Source of the DNA: the human T2T-CHM13v2.0 reference genome, Homo sapiens
Length of the DNA: 64,000 bases
Assembly: GCF_009914755.1 (NCBI RefSeq)
Contig: NC_060938.1
Strand: one strand, 5' to 3'
The notes beneath the pieces are model-generated. The model saw nothing but the letters and a program-made list of their open reading frames with translations. It was not told where the DNA came from and did no database searches. Made by a program: the position numbers and the translations under genes. Shown piece after piece: positions 59,461-64,000 of this stretch (the first letter of the stretch is position 1; each line of letters opens with the position of its first letter).

Positions 59461-60025
59461 AAAAGAATGCAAAGTTGAAATATAGCAAGAACCCATTACT
59501 CTATGAGTCCAGTGCGCTACAGGCTGGGTTCCATCTCACACACACACACAGTGATGTCCCAATGTAAGGAATCCCAGCTAGTGGGCTCCCCAACTGAATT
59601 CTACCTCTCAGAAGGGAGCTGGATAGGACAAAATTTCTATCTGAAAGGTCAGAGCAGGATTAGGAGGAGAAACCAAGAACACAGACTTAGCCCATTTCAA
59701 CTAGCACAGAAGGACCCAGAATGCCAGGTATGATAGCACCTAACAAATATTTACTAAGCACCCACTAAGTGCCCAGCACTGTTGAAAGAGATCAAGGGAA
59801 CAGGGAGATGGTTGGTGCTGACGTAAGTTTGTAAGAAGTGAGCAATCACCAGGCAGCAAAGGTGTTGGGGGTCCGCGCTGGTCATAGAGAAAGGACAAGG
59901 AGCAGAAGACTGGCCGATCCCAATGCCACAGCAGGCCCTATGGTCACAGGTGACACCTCTTCCTTGTCCCCTCAGTACAACAGTGTATAAGCCTTTACTG
60001 TCCTACAATTCTTCTTTTTGTTACA

Positions 60026-60203
60026 CAGTGGCTTTCAACCCTGGCTGCACATCAGAATTATCTAAGGAAGTTATTAAAATCCTGTTGCCCAAAACCCACC
60101 CCAGACTAATGAAATCAGACTCCGTGGGGGTGGCACCTAGGCTTCAGTAGTTCTTAAAACTCCCCCGGTGGTCCCAGTGTGGGGCCAAGATTGAAAACCA
60201 TTG
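60026..60203. mobile_element. MER5A-type hAT MITE, full length
   Basis: TIRs cagtggctttcaa / ttgaaaaccattg; ctggctgcacatcagaatt...aatcagactcc...ggggtgg. Confidence 0.85.
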
Positions 60204-61109
60204 CATGGAGGTAATTGTCCTAATTACCTCTCCAGCTTTTCTCTGCCTCTACATTCCTCTTATCTAAGCTGTTATATTGCCTTTTTATTTTTAGTTTGTT
60301 CTACTTTGTCCTTTCAGTAGATAATTCTATAATACTCCATTAAACCTTTTTTCATGCTTTAACTTTGTTTTTTCTCATTTAATTTTCATCGCCCACTCTA
60401 CTTACTCCCTCTTCCCATTATGTTTGTTTTGTTTTGTGTTTTCTTTAATTCAGCATCAACATTTGCAGGGCACTTGATATGGACAGAGTACGGCAGCAGG
60501 CATTTAACTGCTGCTAAAAATTATATTTAACGCAGTAATATTTTGTGTTAGATCCTGTGCCGTGGCTACAGGCTCTTGTCTTATGGAAGATTGGCACTTT
60601 GGCTTCTTCCTTGGAAGTAGCTGCATTGCTGTATAAATTTAAGATCCAAAATAAGTATATTACAATAAAAAATAAAAGAAGCATCCACAAATATGAGGGA
60701 AAGAAGCATTAACAGCAGTCTGAAGCTAAATATCAACATCACCCCTGCCAAGCTCTTGGCCTCATTGTAGGTGGAAGACGCTGCCATGTGCAACAAAAAG
60801 AGAAAGGGCCCAGGCTGCATGCACAACTAACGAGGCTGTTCCCTGAGGAAAGGGCATTTGCTGATTTAGACTCATTTCCTCAAGGTCCTCAAGCAAGCCC
60901 AAGAGTACATAGGCCAGTCGCTGAGACACTGAAAGTTGAGATGTGGAAGAAAGGGCCAACAGACTGTCCCAGAAGCAGAATGCTTCAGTCCTCCAGGGAA
61001 GCTTTGGGGGAGATCTGCCCTCGTGTCCTCCTACAGCTCAGCTGAGAGCAGCCCTGGAGCCTCAGAACCACAGGCCCTGTAGTTCCCTGGGTCTGGCAAA
61101 CCCCTGGGA

Positions 61110-61219
61110 GAACAAATCACTGTCCTCCCCACAGAGCCAGCCCAGCACTGAGAACACCATACAAGCCAGAGGATGCTTGCCAAATAGATGCATGAACGAA
61201 CGAATGAATGAATGAATGA
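61110..61219 (+). mobile_element. L2 3' end with (AATG)n tail
   Basis: cccagcactgagaacac...gaatgaatgaatgaatga. Confidence 0.6.
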
Positions 61220-61819
61220 CTCCTCTGATGAAGTTGTCCCAGGGAGAGTTTGTGGGAATACTGAAAAGGAGGGTGGTCCCCAAGCTGGTACCCCAGTCCT
61301 TGATACTCTGATGTGGCTTTTTAATTTCTCTGTCTTCCTTTTACCTTGATGTATTTATTCTCTATCAATCTATTTGTTTATTTATTTATTTACTTTAGGA
61401 ATCAAGCCAGACACCTTGTTGGAGCAACAAGAGCTAGAGATATTTGTTCCTTTTAGAAGAAGCAAAATTTTCCAGTGCCAACTGACAGGGAAGAAGATGA
61501 ATAATTACACTATGTCCTGGTAAAGAGGACCCGAGACGGCTTCCTGATTTTCGTACATCAACAAGGAGACGTCTATGACCCTGGTCTCCAGCACACCTTT
61601 CTTGGTAGAGTTGAGAATTCAACCAGCCAGTTCTTCCTGGAGATTCTCAGAGCCACATTGAGAGAGCAGAGGACTTACAAGTGCTGCCCTATCCATGGTG
61701 ACTCCCCTTGGCCTCTAGGTAAGTCACACACTGAAGCCTGCCCCTCCCACCTTCCACCCTGGTCAGCTAATCTAGGTTAGTGCAGGTCTAACCTAGATTA
61801 CAAGGCGTGCTCGTGTGCA

Positions 61820-61980
61820 TAATTTCATGACCACCAACAACCACATGGGGCAACGTTATCCCCATTTTATTGTCCAGGAAACCGAGGCCTGGTGTGGTAA
61901 GTGACTTGCAAGTAAGAGGAGGAGTGAGATATAAACCCAGATTCCTGAATCTAAATTCAGTGGTCTGTACTGCAGCATAG
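61820..61980 (-). mobile_element. MIR SINE
   Basis: ttatccccatttta...aggaaaccgaggc...ggtaagtgacttgc...aaacccag. Confidence 0.7.
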
Positions 61981-62013
61981 CTGCCGCCTCTTGAGAACTA
62001 GAGTGGGCAGTGT

Positions 62014-62029
62014 GGAAGTGGGAATTCCC
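62014..62029 (+). promoter_or_regulatory. Overlapping ETS (GGAAGTG) and palindromic NF-kB (GGGAATTCCC) motifs
   Basis: ggaagtgggaattccc; motif match only. Confidence 0.35.
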
Positions 62030-63884
62030 AAGTTCCCAGGCCTCTTCCAGCTCAGTCTTCTATGTAAAATTTTTCTTTTCCAGGCTTGTCTGAGCAGAGG
62101 TAGAGTGACCCTGCCGCCTGTTCCTCAACAGTCTGTGCAAATTCAAAGAAATAGAGTGTGAATTCAAGGAACTCATTTGAAGAACAGGAAAAGCAACTCT
62201 CTCCTTGAGGTTATCGGGGAAATGAAGGTTGAAACATGGATCAGAAGACTTGCTGAGGTCCCTTCCACCCTCAGCTCTTCCATTCTGTTCCCAAATGAGG
62301 CCCAAAACACAGCTTTCTCCATCACTCTTTAATCTGTTGGTTGATTTGTCTGGTGCACCCAACCAGCACTGTGGCCCTGAAAATAAAATGTTAATTACAT
62401 CAATCTTACAGCCATCCATCGCTAGCCATCTGATGCTGATAGAAAGGCAGGAAGCACTCGTGGCAGTTTGCATATCAGGGTCAGCAGTTCCTTTCTTAAC
62501 CCTCCTCTGTCTGGCAAGGCTAAGGGAGCAGACGTTCCTGTAATGACCTGGCCTGTCTTTAGAGCTGCAGCCCTAAGAGCTGGTTTTCTTCCTGTGGCTA
62601 TGGTCTTGGCACTGAGCTCCTTCCTGCTCTTCTTTTGCTCTTGTGTGTAGCGGACCACAACATGCTTTCAGATCAGACATCCTGTGGGCAGAAGAAATTA
62701 TTTCACTTCAATAAGAATTTTTGAAGACCAGTATGGGTTCAACGGGTGCTTTTGGGAGATTACACCAGAGATAAGAACAGACTAAATCACACGCGTGAGG
62801 CAGCATTTACAAATCATACAACACAATATGCAATAGCAGCTTCTGAGTTTCTGCAGAGGAAAGGCTAAGGACAGCAACCTGGTTGGAAGATGCCTCAGGA
62901 ACTTGCCTTGAGGCTGTATTTTCATAGCACATAAGATTGGGAAAGACATCAAAGAATGGGAAACCTTCCATTCTGGAGAGATGGAGATTATGGGGGAGAA
63001 TGGATAAAGCCCCCAAAAACACTCTTGCCTCTCCTACTAACTGTTCAAGTCTCAGGTATCATTATTTGTATGACAAAGAGAAAATTAACATCGTTAAGCA
63101 ATGAGCCAAGTGTTTACAAGTATAATTTCATTTATTTCTCACAGAAATCCTATGAGTTATCTTCTCCCATTTTACGGAGTATAAAAAAATTAGTTTTTTC
63201 TAGAAATCACATGAAGGGACAGACATCCCCTTGGCAGGACCAAGGAAGCTGTGGCCTAATTGCTGGCCTTGACACGAAGGAATGACTGAGCACAAAGAAC
63301 ACAGCCTACACAGGGCCGGAGGAGGGTTGGGTCTGAGGGCAGAGCCCTGGTGGATGTTTCTGCCTTCCACCTGGGCACCCTGAGACAGGCTGTGTTTTTG
63401 TTGAAGTTCCATCTTGTCCTGCCACAGGCCCAGGCCAAGCTGACTGCTCCTGACCTGGTGAAGCACTAGCCACACTCTGCCCCAAGCTCCCGCCGCATCA
63501 TCACCTGTCCTCTCCTGTACTGTCTTCTACCTCTGGCTTTGATTTATTGTTCATACCAGCTTTCTCTCTTAGTCAGGCCTAGAGGAAGGTTGTTTTTGGC
63601 CATTAGCAATAAATTCTTAAAATTCCCTCTAACCGGTGGAAGATATAAATCACAGTCATAAACATAATACACATTCTTGGGACTTTTCAAAATGACTTCC
63701 TGAATAATTTGAGATAGTTCAACAATAATTTTCTAGAAAGACAGGCTTATTTGAGCCCTGCTAACTACTCTTTTGATATTAATACAGCTTTAAACCCTCT
63801 ATACTTCTTTCTGCCTCAAGGCTTTTTTAATACATGTCCTCATTTGTTACATAGAATGTTATTTCCCCACCCATGCCCCATACC

Positions 63885-64000
63885 TGTTTCAGGCAGGGTC
63901 CAAGCAGGAGACAGGGCACTCTCGGAGTGATTAGAGAGAGTTTAATGAAAGGGACTTTTACAAAGCTGTGGACAGGTGTTATGGATTGAAATGTGTCCCC
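63885..64000. mobile_element. Old LTR fragment, followed by the start of an MLT1A-C LTR (63977 to edge)
   Basis: gagagagtttaatgaaagggact; tgttatggattgaaatgtgtcccc. Confidence 0.55.

Overview
Primate (human-like) non-coding genomic DNA with no intact protein-coding gene, RNA gene or CRISPR array that I can support. The supplied ORFs are L1/Alu/ERVL remnants or chance frames. The left ~24 kb is AT-rich and L1/ERV-dense. It holds a three-level nested insertion (MER33 > AluJ > L1PA15/16-like, apparently carrying a ~0.7 kb 3' transduction), a tandem L1PA/L1PA/L1PB cluster and a decayed minus-strand ERVL provirus. It also holds an unexplained 17.3-19.7 kb block with closely spaced exon-like segments that may be a decayed multi-exon pseudogene. 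The right ~40 kb is more GC-rich and dominated by ancient MIR/L2/L3/MER5/MaLR fragments. It has enhancer/insulator-like motifs (a strong CTCF site at 31344, AP-1 and kB sites), a TSD-flanked retrocopy-like insert at 39.6-40.1 kb, and several small templated-insertion or hairpin scars. Repeat subfamily calls come from remembered consensus sequences, not a database search, so boundaries are approximate. I found no convincing new biological system. The best leads are the candidate lost gene, the retrocopy-like insert and the L1 transductions.
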